From Octopus sinensis (Eukaryota), in the NCBI RefSeq assembly GCF_006345805.1, contig NC_043011.1:27292464-27356463 (forward strand): DNA of 64,000 bases, written 5' to 3'. The notes beneath the pieces are model-generated. The model saw only the letters and a program-made list of their open reading frames with translations. It searched no databases and was not told the DNA's origin. A program made the translations under genes and the position numbers. Of the stretch, positions 40,525 through 53,949 are shown piece by piece. How positions within the stretch are numbered: the first letter of the stretch is position 1; each line of letters starts with the position of its first letter.

Positions 40525-41110
40525 TATGCGTTTCAGTTAAGTGACTGCGGTCGTACTGCAGCACAACCATGATTTTCCCACCTTATGCTGTGCTCTCTGC
40601 ACGTTCCTTGCATGGCTCTTCTCCTCCACCTGGTGTAGTCTAATCAAGATTTTCGATGGCACATCTGGTGTATAAGAGAATTTGACATCGGTGCCCTCAA
40701 CTGTGTCTCATTTCGTGCCATCGGTTCGTCTGATATCGTGTATAGGAAAGTGTCGAGTTTTGTTTTGAAGACCTCTACATCCATGTCACGCAGGTCTCTC
40801 AATTGTTTTGGAAGGGCATTAAAGAGCTGAGATCCTCTGAAACCGAGGCTGTTGCAATACCTTGTTCTTATGTGAGATGCAGCGGACGGTACCCTTGGTA
40901 CCATGCAGTGGCGACCTGTGCGGGCATTCGTATAGTACCTGATGCCAAAGTTTGGTACCAGTCCTTCCAGCATTTTCTGCGCTCCAGGGATTAGAGACTT
41001 AGTGCCTTCAGTTGCTCCCTGTAGTTCATCTGCTGGACTGCGGCGATCTTTGTTGCATAGTGACGCTGAATTGCCTCGAGTTCTGTTGTTAGCTTGACAC
41101 TGTGTGGTGA
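40525..41110 (-). mobile_element. 5'-truncated CR1-group LINE 3' end (ORF2 C-terminus plus 3' UTR)
   Basis: KMLEGLVPNFGI....NARTGRHC.VP....NSLGFRGSQLFNALPKQLRDL..VEVFKTKLD.FL..I.DEP......RA..SNSL. Confidence 0.8.
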
Positions 41111-41354
41111 CTACCATTGAGAGCAATAGTCCAGGCGGCTCTGAACAAATGTCTTCCATAGAGTCAACATAACACTTTGATCCCTTGATCTGAATGTCCT
41201 CAGTATCTACCCTGCCAGTTGTCTGCACTTTGCTGTCAACGTGACCATGTGCATGTGAAATGATGCATCACTACACATGCTGATGCCCAGGTCTCTCACT
41301 GTTTGGGGTTCTGGGATTGCACTGCTTTTAATGATTATTCAATATATATATATA

Positions 41355-41700
41355 TATATGGCAGTGTGGTAAGAAGCATGCTTCTCAACCACATGGTTCT
41401 GGGTTCAGTCCCACTGCGTGGCACTTTGGGAATGTGTCTTCTACTATAGCCTCGTGCCAAACAAAGCCTTGTGATTTGGCAAATGGAAACTGGAAGAAAC
41501 CCGTCATGTATGTGTTTGTCCCCATACCATCGCTTGGCAACGACCGATGTTGGTCTGTTTATGTCACCGTAACTTGGTGGCTCGGCAAAAGAGACCAATA
41601 GAATAAGTACTAGGCTTACAAAGAATAAGTTCTAGGGTCAATTCATTCGACTAGAGTCGGTGCTTCACAATGGCTGCAGTCAAATGACTAAAAATATATA
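41355..41700 (+). mobile_element. SINE family A, near full length
   Basis: ggcagtgtggtaagaagcatgcttctcaaccacatggttctgggttcagtcccac..ggtgcttcacaatggctgcagtcaaatgact. Confidence 0.85.
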
Positions 41701-41822
41701 AAGAATAAAAGAGTATAAGAATATATATATAGATAGACAAAGTGGCCTCGGAGGAATTTGAATCCAGAACATGGTGAGTCCGACGGAAAGCAGCTCTGCA
41801 TTTTCGCCGACGCTCGATCAAT

Positions 41823-41892
<70 letters not shown>

Positions 41893-42314
41893 CACACACA
41901 CACACACATTTAACATGAATGTATTGATAATCAGAAACTGCACTTTTCGTCCAAGGAAAATCCCTTTCTAAAAACCCGAATGCGACTGTGAGAATGACAG
42001 ATATTTATTTCACAGTTGTTGCGGTTATTCGGGCTTCTTTCGAAATGAAATCGAATCAGCCAGTCTGAAGAATACGTAAATAGTCTACAAACTAATTTCT
42101 GGATTGCAATACCACCGCATAAGTTGTATAAAATTTGTATTATTATACAGCATAAGCAGCTCTTGAGTGACATCTTTATAATTTATGCTTAACGTATGTG
42201 TGTCATTAAAAGCCTGAAGTTGCGGTTTTTCACTTCGCTCATCTGAAGTATATTTTGCTCTTTTAAAACAAAGCATCTATAATGGGATTTTCCCTGGACC
42301 AAAAACATATCTAA

Positions 42315-42387
<73 letters not shown>

Positions 42388-42397
42388 CCTATCTATC

Positions 42398-42431
<34 letters not shown>

Positions 42432-42432
42432 A

Positions 42433-42524
<92 letters not shown>

Positions 42525-42586
42525 CATCCACCCATCTATCAATCTATCTATCTATCTATCTATCTATCTGTCTATCTATCCCTCTG

Positions 42587-42653
<67 letters not shown>

Positions 42654-42706
42654 GTCTGTCTATATGTCTGTTTTTGTCTGTCTGTGTCTGTATATATATG
42701 TTTGTG

Positions 42707-42759
<53 letters not shown>

Positions 42760-42780
42760 GTGTGTGTGTGTGTATATGGC
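42315..42780. repeat. (ATCT)n followed by (TA)/(TG) microsatellites
   Basis: Visible. Confidence 0.95.
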
Positions 42781-43079
42781 GAGAAAGAGAGACAGCAGAT
42801 AGACAAAGAGCATAGAAACGAAGAGTGAAGGGAAGTATTTGATATATATGACAAAGAATAAGTGAAGAACATACCAAGTAAGAAATAAAAAATTGAATGA
42901 ATAAATTTACAGAAAAGGAAATGGAACGGACAGCGAATCAATCAAAAGAAAGTAAACAGTAAGTCACTAGGACTGCGAAAGGGAAGGTACTCTAAGACCA
43001 AGAAGGAAATAACAGCCAGGCTTGCTCACACATGCACACAGATTGTTATCATCTAGAGTGAAGCAGGCACTACCTAGTG

Positions 43080-43285
43080 CAATGTTTCTCAACCATTTAC
43101 TTGGCCTATGAACTCCTCTGATTCCGATTTTACTTGGGTGGACACCCATAGCCATTTTATAGTTAAAAACATCCTATTATATTTTTATTGTTATAGAAGT
43201 ATAACCAATCTATTGCAGATAAATTTTGACAACAAAATTTATTGTAGATAAAGTTTGACAACAAAATCCCGGTTGAAAACCACTG
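43080..43285. mobile_element. hAT-type MITE (degenerate)
   Basis: caatgtttctcaacc ... ggttgaaaaccactg termini; TSD not preserved. Confidence 0.5.
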
Positions 43286-44984
43286 GTCTAACGTGGATCG
43301 CTCATTCTTTAAGAAGTTAAGATGTAAGTTAACAGAGATTTGGCTGGTATTTCTAGTAGTTTCTGCGTCCCGTAGAAGCTCTCTTTTTGCATCAGTTTTA
43401 TTGCATTAGTGAACAAGAGTGTCGTGGCGACTAAACGTAATTCGGTGAATTGTTTGACAAAAGAAACAGAAAATCAGGTATATTTTAATAATTTTATATA
43501 TTTCTTTTTAATAGGAAGATTTTGTTTTGAACAGGCACTAACTGAGTTATAGAAATATTTGAACTTACAAAATAAATCATTAAAAAAAGGTATTGCTTTT
43601 ATTTTTGCTTATGCATAACATTGTCATTCCTTTCCTCGCCATACTGTAATTGAATCGATATGATAAAACAGCCCAACAGCACTTGGAAATTAGGGAAAAA
43701 AAAAACGAGTTACTCCATAAAATTTCATTAATATCCATCAAGAGTATGATAAAATTCATCTAAAAAAATTTATGAAAACTTTTCTAAAGAATAAGATTGA
43801 TATATAAAAATTCCTGACAAAAACAGACCAAAACTAGTCACCGAATTGTTTTTATGGAATGAAAGAATCAAGTGCTTCCTATACGACAAAAGAATCAAGT
43901 AAAACAAAATGTGTAACATGGAATCATATAGAACAGCTTTAGAAAATATTTTAAAACAAATCAACGGGAGAACCTAAAATCGCATCCATGAGTCATGCTC
44001 GGGCGAGACATGTTTGCATGATTAAGAAGTTCACTTCATACCCGCTTGGTTTCGGGTTCGGTTCCTTTACGCCGCAACACATTTTGAAAGCTTCTTCAAC
44101 CCTAGTCACAGGCTGACCAGTGCCTTGTGAGTAGAATTCCGGGATATTTACCTTTTGACCGACAGATTTTTAAAATAAGTTTTTGTAACTAAACACTTTC
44201 AAACTTCGGACACTGGTAGAATGTATCATATAAAACATCTTTTACGCTTAACATTTTTGAGAAAAACTTATATTTACGAAGTTATTTCACGTTAAAGTTC
44301 TCGTATTTCGGTAATTTCAACCAATCAGTGACGTGTATTCAGCTGAATAAGGTTACTGCTGTTGTGTATCAACAAGAACTTCCGGCGGTGTATATTTTGT
44401 TTGTCACTGTTCTTTATGACAACCCTAACCCTAAAACCCCAACTCTAACCCCAAAACCTTAAAACCAGTATAAACGCACGAACGGTATTGCAGTGCTTGG
44501 ATCCCCTTCATGAAAAAGCGTTCATCCTATTGGTTAAAAAAGTCATCAACAGTAGATATGACGTCATCATCGGTGCAATACTGGTTCCTAGCCAAGTGTT
44601 TTCATTTATATTGGGGAAGAGATGTTAATCAGATGAGGGCAAATCAGGAGAATAGGAACGGTGATCAACCAGTTCAAAGCCACAGTCACACACAACAGCG
44701 ATTGAAACCAAAGTCTTGTGTGCTGGAGTTTTATCCCGTTGAAACGAAACTCCTTTCTTAAGTTTTCCTGAAGTGGCAATGAGTGTTTAGAGCAAAAGAA
44801 AAGTGTATACATGAAGTCATGAATCATATTTTACACTTCCTAGACCAAAGCAATACATAGATTAACGAAGGGTAATGGAAGCTCAACAAAAAGACACTGA
44901 TACAACAATGTGGAACAAATGTTACTTTATTTACATCGTATCTGTACAAGTATTGTAAATATATAATAATAATAATAATAATAA

Positions 44985-45218
44985 ATGAGCCCTTTTAAAG
45001 CCTAGCCAGGCTCATGGGCCCGGTTTCCCAGTTTCTATAGCGTATGTGTTTCCCTGCTGGACGGGACGCCAGTCCATCGCAGCGTTGCTCATTTTTGCCA
45101 GCTGAGTGGACTGGAGCAACGTGAAATGAAGTGTTTTGCTCAAGAACACAAGGAATCGAAACCACAATCTTACGATCATGGTGCTGACACCCTAACCCAT
45201 AAGCCACGCGCCTCCACA
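44985..45218 (-). mobile_element. SINE family C variant
   Basis: tgtggaggcgcgtggctt..ttgagcaaaacacttcatttcacgttgctccagtccactcagctg..gcgatggactggcgtcccgtccag..gaaactgggaaaccgggcccatgagcc. Confidence 0.8.
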
Positions 45219-46959
45219 TTGTAAAGATATAGGTTCAGATATTACAAAATAGTTATTCGCGAATCAATCTCATTTAGAGTATTAATGACGGTTGTATTTC
45301 CTTCTAACTATATATACGTTCTATACATTGTTTATTATGTTTTATAAATATATTCAGGTTCAACCAGCTGACGTATTTCTTTTCATTTAGTTTTTATTAT
45401 CGAATTTCACTCTCACTATATCCGCTTAGTGTAGTTTCATTGCCATCACAATTTACTTTCATTATTTTAAGACAATAAACTCCACTTTTCAACGTTAATA
45501 TACACGAGTATGCGTACAAATTATCATATTTTAGAGAATAAATTCCCAAGCGAATTGTTTTGATAAAGAAGAAACATCTATCAATGTTAGTGAAAGGAAT
45601 AAAAAGTAGTTAAATTTCCATTTAAGTTGTGGTTGAACTGCTTCTCATCTACTGCTACAAAAGCATAACCGTAACAAAATATCGCTTTCTTTTACTCATT
45701 AATTCCGGTATTTATGTTTTAATAAATTTTCTGCTTTGGTGGTATTCAGGGAATAATGATAAATTTCAAGTTGTATTGCGGTTTCTATCACCTAATCGAT
45801 CCCGTCCTAGTTCGGAAATTTTTGTGTAACTGTCTGCTTGTCACACCAGTATCATCAAATATAAAAGCACACTCAAAGTGTTGTGAGTTGATGAAACTCT
45901 CATAGAAAATTACCAAGAGAAAGTTAAAGTATAAAGTATATGTTAAAAGAGCTAATTTAGCCCCTCTCCGAACTATAAAAAGAAACAAAAGCTACCTTAT
46001 CATGGTAAATGTTTTAATGAAAGACTGAAGTTAAACAGAAAATTATCAGTTATCGTTACGAGCAGAAGAAAGTAGAAAGCGGAATGAAAAAAACCGATGC
46101 CAAAATTCTCTTTAAAATATGGTGGAATTAAGGACAACGTTACGCTTCACCAGAACCGAACGCTCAATGCTTACAATTAACTTTATATAAATTACCTGCC
46201 AGCAATTCCCTTTCATCCACTCCATTATATTTTTCATACGTATTTCATGTTGCATCACGTTTTGCAATTTTCCTACTGTATGTTGCTGTGTTTGTAAGTT
46301 TATATTCTTTGGGTAGGTAAGCAAATAAGTTTTCCACCTTCCTGCAAAAATTTTCAACGAATCCAATAAAACTGTTATCGGCTGTTTGCAACTCTTCTGA
46401 AAATGACAGCCAAATTTATTACACATTATGTAAGAGTCACAATACAAGAACAGCTTTCCTCAACAACGGTCGACATTGTTATTACTGAACCTTGACACTT
46501 TAGTTTGATAAGTTCTCTTATGTATATATATTGTTATGTTATGTATATATGTATGTGTGTGAGTGTGTCTGTAAGTGAATGCATCTATGCATGCCTCTGT
46601 GTATGCATGAATTGTTTTGCTTGTATGTATGCGTATGTATATGTGTGTTGTCTGTATGCATGTAAGTATGTATGCATGTATGTATGTATGCATGGATGGA
46701 TGGATGCATGGAAGACTGGATGGATAGATGTATGTATGTATGGTTGTATGCATATGTTTATGGAAACATATTTGTGCCTATAAATGTTTGTAATTTGCAT
46801 GTATATGTATATATTTGTATTTGTGTATCTGATTGCTTCTATGTATAGTGGGATGGAGAGATACATACAAACGCACATACATTCCCCCAGCCCTCATACA
46901 TAGATACATACATTTATAGGCACAGAAGCATACCTACACGTATATATATATATACATAC

Positions 46960-47290
46960 ACACGAAGAGATATTCAAAATCAACTGGAAACGTTCTCTGT
47001 GGGACAATCCCGTTTAACTCATGCACTAGAGTGTGATTGTTCTTATAGTTAGATAATATCTGTTGTTAGCTCTCGCTCATTCAGTTGAGCCTTTAAATTT
47101 TCGTTCAGTTAAGAAGGTTGTAAATAGGTCATCTTATGTGTAAAACAGACATTATTGATATCCAATGAGATGCGAAAAAGCTCAAGGGGAACTTTTTAAT
47201 ATCACTCTACTCTGGAGAAAGAACTGTGAAAACACGGAAGTAATCTCACTTCAAAGATGGGAAGGAAACAACGATTGGTTCAATCACTAA
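46960..47290 (+). mobile_element. Possible mariner 5' fragment
   Basis: TIR-like cgaagagatattcaaaa and a decayed HTH-like segment ending FKDGKETIG. Confidence 0.4.
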
Positions 47291-47499
47291 GAGGAAAAAT
47301 TCAAGGAGGAATACTAATCTGATAACCCTTTCTTGAAAAAAGCAAAAACAAAAAAACTAAAAATTACGAACTCAACATAACCGGAAGAAAGTCACTAGCG
47401 GAAAAATACCGGAATGCCCATCCAGAACCAAGAAGAACCAATACGCTCTCCAGAGTTCCTAATACTCATCAAAAACACAAAATGGGAAATTCCATTGAA

Positions 47500-49150
47500 C
47501 CCTTCACCTCAAGACAAAACACCCCCACTCAAAGATACAGAACCCATCTTACCCCAAGAACCCTCCACATCTCAGACGTAACCTCTTCATGAATAACTCT
47601 TTCGAACAGAACTATAAGAAAAATAAGAACTCCCCACATCCAAGACACATCTCACATAAAGAAGACTTCGAACAGGACCAAAGAAGAGGCTGGAACGTCT
47701 CCCACTCGAGACATTTCTTCCACAGTAACAACCTCGTCCAAACAGGATATAGCCATTACGACTACCCCACTCAGAGCCGACTGCAGCGGGAAGCCCACAA
47801 TAGACCAAGGATAAGCGGAAGGACAATCAACAGGAACACTAATTCCTTATATCAAAACCCAAGAAACCATTTTTTAGACAAACTGGGCCCAAACCAGGAC
47901 ACTCGATGGCACCACCCAAATGTGAGATCCCGAAAGTTATAAATCTCTGACATAAAATAATGTTAGACCAAGAAATCAAAATTCTCACAAAGGGATTGAA
48001 GTTTACCCGAACACCAGAAAAGTCGAACCGAAATTATATACAAAATAATGTCCAGGAATTCTGTAGAAAACTTCGCATCACTGAAGAACTGCTGGATGAA
48101 GAAAATAATGAGCAATCGAGTTTTCGCAATAAAAGTATCTAGAGTCCAAACTCTGGATAACTTTTGCGATTTGGTTTCCAATTACTCGTACATTTTACTC
48201 TCACTTGAAAATTTAAAGCAATTGTAAGTCGAGAAGAATGGGAAATCATTGATAATCTGAAAGAGGATGACAATATAATTATAAACAATAAAGGAAGTGC
48301 TGTAGTTATCATTGACTCAGAAAAATACATAAACACTAGCCTAATCCAATTCTATACTTAAAGGATGAGGAATTATGTACATTATTTACATTATTTATAT
48401 TCTTTACATTTGACGAATATTTGTCCTCATCTTGTTTGTTGTTAACACAACGTTTCGGCTGATATACCCTGCAGCCTTCTTCAGGTGTCTTCGCGAACCC
48501 AGTTTCGAAATTTCCCCAAGACACTTGAAGAAGGCTGGAAGGTATATCAGCCGAAACGTTGTGTTAACAACAAACAAGATGAGGACAAATATCCGTCGAA
48601 TGTAAATAATGTAAATAATGTACTAGCCTAATCCTCCTTCAAGACAATATCTACTACGAAAAAATCATCAACAACTACAGTCAATCCAAGATAATGATTA
48701 GACTTTCTACCAATTTCCACCAGGTCCAGCAAGGTTTAACCGAAAAGGAGAGAGAGATTACTTGACTAGATTTGACTGCAAAACCAGCAACAGTTATGAA
48801 CTTCCCAAAATCCACAAAAGTGAAGCCATAAAAGAAACCTGTAACAGAACAACTTCTGTAGTCATAAATATTCCACATCCGAGAGGTTTCAAAATGGGAC
48901 CAATTGTGGCCGGTTCCTCGTGTGAGACACACAGACTCAGTAAGTTTATTGACGTCTTCCTTAAACACATTCTCCAAACTTGTCATCGCATACTTGGAAG
49001 TCCAAATATGCGAACACGCTAGACTGAAATTTGGAGACAACTTCCAAAAATACTTACTCACCAACTGGAAACGCTACGTAGATGACTGTTTCATACTGTG
49101 GTATGAAAAAGAAAAAAAGACTCAATTTCTCCACAAAATAAAAAAATAAA
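47500..49150 (+). pseudogene. Penelope-like element reverse transcriptase remnant (deleted, frameshifted)
   Basis: ILTKGLKFTRTP..FCRKLR; NKGSAVVIID; YELPKIHK; PIVAGSSCETHRLSKFIDVFLK; WKRYVDDCFILW. Confidence 0.88.
48348..48621. mobile_element. 274-bp palindromic non-coding insertion with 13-bp TSD and two HHR-like motifs
   Basis: TSD ACTAGCCTAATCC at 48335-48347 and 48622-48634; arms 48378-48491 and 48518-48622; removal restores the host frame IDSEKYINTSLILLQDNIYYEKI. Confidence 0.9.
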
Positions 49151-50028
49151 AAAATAATCAGGAACAACAAACAATTTTAAAACCTTAAGTAACAGTCTTC
49201 CACCCGGCTTTCGAAACCGCAACTCCAAATCACCATAAAATAACACCAGTTGCCAACGTCAACTATCTTTAAACGAATGAAATTTCGCAAACACCAGTAG
49301 CTAACGTTACTTAACTCTAGAGCAATAAAAACCGAACTTCAGCAAATACAACAAATTGAATCTTTAAGAGACTCAAGCAACCGGAACGATTGATGATCGT
49401 TCCCCACAGGGAAGCCAACCAGACGAACGACAAACTTAACCACCGGAACAAGACGTCACAAGCACTTAAATGAATCAAAAATTAGATCCGCTCGCGGAAA
49501 AAAAAAATTATAACTAAACCGGATTCCAAAAGAGACACTTAAAAGCAAAAGTCCCTATACACGACTGAAACAGTATCAGAGAAATTGTAAACCGAATACC
49601 CTGGTTTTAATATCTTCATTTCCCCCTTGTTTTATTCCGTCCTAACTCAGTATGACTGAAACTAATGATATTAATTTCTTGTCGACCATTACTAACAATA
49701 ATGAGCATTGTACATTCAAACAAATTGATGCACAGTTTTTTGTATTATTGACTGTTATGAAAATTTTGTATTATTGACTGTTATGAAAATTTAATGTTTT
49801 TCTAATATTAACTTGTCTATTATAAAATTTTTATTTATCAACGTTGAAACATTTAAAGATGTTTTTCCTAATGTATAATTCTGAACTTTTACAATTGATA
49901 AACAAAAAATAATATTGAAACTAGCTTCGTATATTTTAAACAATTATAAGTCTTTCAAATTTAGGTGCATTTTCAAAAACAAATTAGCCTATATTTTTTC
50001 CTGCGTGGAAATACATTCGCCCTTTTTG

Positions 50029-50029
<1 letters not shown>

Positions 50030-50065
<36 letters not shown>

Positions 50066-50301
50066 ATATGCATATACATACATGCACACATACATACATA
50101 CATATATATACATAATATTTCAACATACATACGCATGCATATAGACATACATACGTATAATACAAATATATATATGTGTATACGTACATATATATATATA
50201 CACGCATATATACATGGACAGTCTCTCTCTCTCATACACACACGTATATATAAAAATGCATATTCACAAATATATACACATAGACATACTTACATAAATA
50301 T

Positions 50302-50339
<38 letters not shown>

Positions 50340-50847
50340 GTATATATATATATACATACATATGTATACATGCATATACATACAAATATACGTAGATTCA
50401 CATGTGTACACACACCAATATATATATATATGCACCCATACACATGCATATACATACACCCACATGCGTATAGTTAAAAAGAGATACCGACAATTATACA
50501 AATATAGGTATTCATATACATATATTTACGCAGGCACACTCCTATACGTACAAGTCTGAATATTCTAAAGTGCGCGTATATATGCACATATATCCATACT
50601 CCATATATAGGCAATGGAGGGGCCCAGCCTACATAAACACACACATATAATGCATATATTTACATGTATATATATATATCCACACATATATACACATATA
50701 CACACATATATATACACGTATATACACATATGAATACATACATACTTATACATACATAAGCATATACGTATACATTCACCTACATACATCAGTGCATACA
50801 ACCATAGTATACACATATATGTAGATATATATATACACATATTATTA

Positions 50848-50902
<55 letters not shown>

Positions 50903-50905
50903 TAC
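50030..50905. repeat. Degenerate (TA)/(CA) low-complexity array
   Basis: Visible. Confidence 0.9.
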
Positions 50906-51090
50906 TAGTCGCCATGATAGATCGTTAGCCGCTACACACATTTTTTTCTCTCCTTGTTTTTTCTGTGTCCCTTTCTGTAGAAGAGCGTAGGCTCGAAACG
51001 TAAATGACTTTTTCTATTCCTGAGCTTTATACTAATACATATGTTTGTTTTGTACACCACCTGTCTTCGTCTTTTGTTTTTTTCGTCATT
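50905..51090 (+). mobile_element. PLE 3'-terminal fragment with HHR-like motif (50971-51006)
   Basis: ctgtagaagagcgtaggctcgaaacgtaaatgac; homologous to 37855-38035 and 59155-59370. Confidence 0.65.
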
Positions 51091-52784
51091 GATAGAAATA
51101 GCAAGACAATAAAAGAATGAAAGAGACCTCGATATTATGTAAACAGAAGAAATTATTTGTAAATATATTATGTGACAATTATTCGGCAGCCAATGACTGA
51201 CATGAGTGAAAAATAAAAAGGTAAAAGATGCGTTGAAATATAGGCAGATCATCACTATTTAATTCACCAGAGTTGTCTCCCCACTAGTAAATATCACTAG
51301 TCACTGAGATTATGATACGAACAAAGGAATTTTTAGTCAAAATGTGGGTACAGTTATTTAAAGTACTCGTCATGTACTCAGTGTACTTTTCTTTTGTTTG
51401 TATAGCTTTCTATGCATACAACACTTCAACCAACACTAGAAATTGCGGTTGGCTTGATAGCAAGTGCTATCTTTCCGTTAGCTGTTTTCTGTTGCCTTTG
51501 TAGTCACGTGTAGACATGATTTTAAACGTTATTAAAAAGAAAAAAAAATGTTCACTATTCATTTTTCAACGTTACTGAAAGTTTCTCACTTATGTCAGAG
51601 CTAGATGAGTTTACGGTGATAGAGGACATTTCGAGTGGCGTGAAGTGAGTACCAAAACGAAAGGTCTTTGGGGATGCTTATAGTCCGACTGAGATCTTAA
51701 AACGCGGCAAACCAATCTTCTTTGAACTAAATTCTCAAACACCAAAATTCTAAGAAGGAATATAGTTCCAAATGATATGCAGGATGGCAGCATTTTTAGA
51801 TAGTTCAAGGATTGCTCTTAACCTTGTCGATAGCTCCCTCTAGGGTTGTTGGCTGGAAGATGTTATGAGGCTCTGTGCGGGCGCTCATTGTTTTGAGAGG
51901 TCCTGATTGCTTATAGAGTTAAAGTATTTGAACCTGATGCAACACTTATATTTTAAACGTATCTTCAAAATATTCTTCACCGGGATTAGACTATAAAGCA
52001 TTGTGTACTAGTGACTAAAATCATGGCTGATGATGCGTCGTGTAAAAATGCCCTCATTTAAAAATTTTATTTTTTGGTTTATATTAGTAATACAACTTTT
52101 TAATTGGATATTATTTATTAAACGGTTAAACTTGATTTAAATGTATGTTTTTAAAATGAATATATACGAATGTTTTAGTTTAGTACTTCAGCATTCATTT
52201 CTTCAAACTCTGTGATAAACACTATTCTTGATCATTATTGTTAACTTATTGTTAATAACTTATCATTATTAAAAACACTTCCTTTAGTGATCATAAGTGA
52301 CAACATGTGTTTATGTACAGACATACACACACACACATGTATATACGAAGGTGATTTTGTGTGTACATACGTTATTATTAATAACTTATTAATAGAATGT
52401 TGCTTTTCCTGCAATTAAATACAATATAGTTTACTTTGGGATATTTCGGTAACTATCGTTGTTAATCCACGGAAATGAATTCACAAGAAAGAGAGTGTGT
52501 CAGGATTATTAAATTGATTGCTTGAAATGCAGTGTTTTTCTTTGCATTATTAATCAATATTTATTTGCTAAATTTGCCAAAAGGGAAAAGAAGCATGCAG
52601 AAACAAATGAAACCCATGAGACCGATTGAACACTTTTAAACAAACCATCCGTATAACGTCAATATAAATTAAATTATTTGGCGGTATTGAAATTAAATTA
52701 AAGACGATGCAATACTTCAAAAGCTACTTAAAATAGATTAAACAACAGTTGAGAAAGTTTTTTTTTATCAGTACATCTTATATA

Positions 52785-53200
52785 AGGCGGCGAGCTGGCA
52801 GAATCGTTAGCATGCCGGGCAAAAAGCTTAGTGACATTTCGTCTGTCTTTACAATCAAATTTCAAATTCCGCCGAGGTTGACTTTACTTTTCATCCTTTT
52901 GGGGCCGATAAAATAGGTACCAATCGTGCACTAGAGTTTATGAATTCGACTTAGCCTCTTCCCCCAAACTGCTGGATTATTGCCAAAACTTGAAACCAAA
53001 GACGGCAAGCTGGCCGAGTGGTTACTGCGCCGGGTAAAATGCTGAGCGGCATTTCGTATGTTTTTACGTTCTGAGTTCAAATTCTGCCAAGGTCAACTTT
53101 ACCATTCAGCCATTCGGGGTCAATAGAATAAATATCAGTTGAACACTGGAGTCTGTGAAATTGACCACGATCTACCCCAAACTTTCAGGCTCTCTGCCTA
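52785..53200 (+). mobile_element. Two tandem SINE B copies
   Basis: ataaggcggcgagctggcagaatcgttagcatgccggg.. occurs twice. Confidence 0.8.
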
Positions 53201-53449
53201 TCGGAGAAAGAATTATAACATCTTATAAAATCTCAAATCCTATTACTAAATGCCTTATGATATTCGAGATATATATTTTTAACTTCTGTTAAATAAGTTT
53301 TTAACTCTAGGTTGCTTACCGTTAGTGTTTATGCATTTTTCTAGCCCTAAGAACTTATAAGACTGGTTACCAGGTTTCCAAGGCGTATAAGTGACTGAAA
53401 GCACAAAACTCTCTTGAGCGAGACCCCAGTCCGTCTTAGGGTTCAAGGT

Positions 53450-53645
53450 TAGCAATTTTGAGGGAAGGGGACAAGTCGATTACATCGATCTCACCACGTG
53501 ACTGGTACTTTGGTTTATCAACCCACAAAGAGACGAGAGGTAAAGTTGATCTCGGTAGATTTCAACTCAGATCATAAAGAGCTGGAAAAAATGACACTAA
53601 GCAATTCTCCAACGTGCGAATGATTTCTTTCCCAGCTCGCCACCT
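53450..53645 (-). mobile_element. SINE B copy (degenerate)
   Basis: agtcgattacatcgat..actggtact..ccagctcgccacct. Confidence 0.7.
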
Positions 53646-53949
53646 TTAAAGTAACTTATCATTCTTCTTTTGATTCTACTCAGAAATTTGTCAGTGTTAG
53701 AATCAAACAAACTGCTTATAATATCAAATACAAGTTTGTGCCGACTCCAGCACTACTCTGATTTAAGAAATCCAGGAACCAAACCGTTCCAACTGTAGCG
53801 ATATCATTATTTTGTACACGAGAGAGACTACATTTGCTTAGCGTATCCCTCCTTTTTTGAATACACATTGTATGATGTGCTTTGAGAGAGATTCGGTTGC
53901 TATGTATATATAACATGTTGAGAGACCACGTAGATGCTTTCCCCATACC

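Noticed and set aside
44420-44460. Telomere or chromosome end
   Set aside because: Only a few degenerate units, internal to the window.
49520-49585. HHR-like AGUC..GACU-GAAA-CAGUA at the PLE RT 3' end
   Set aside because: The core is too degenerate and no helix I can be formed.
49738-49793. 28-bp tandem duplication (similar small ones near 27235 and 55062)
   Set aside because: Ordinary slippage duplications with no further structure.
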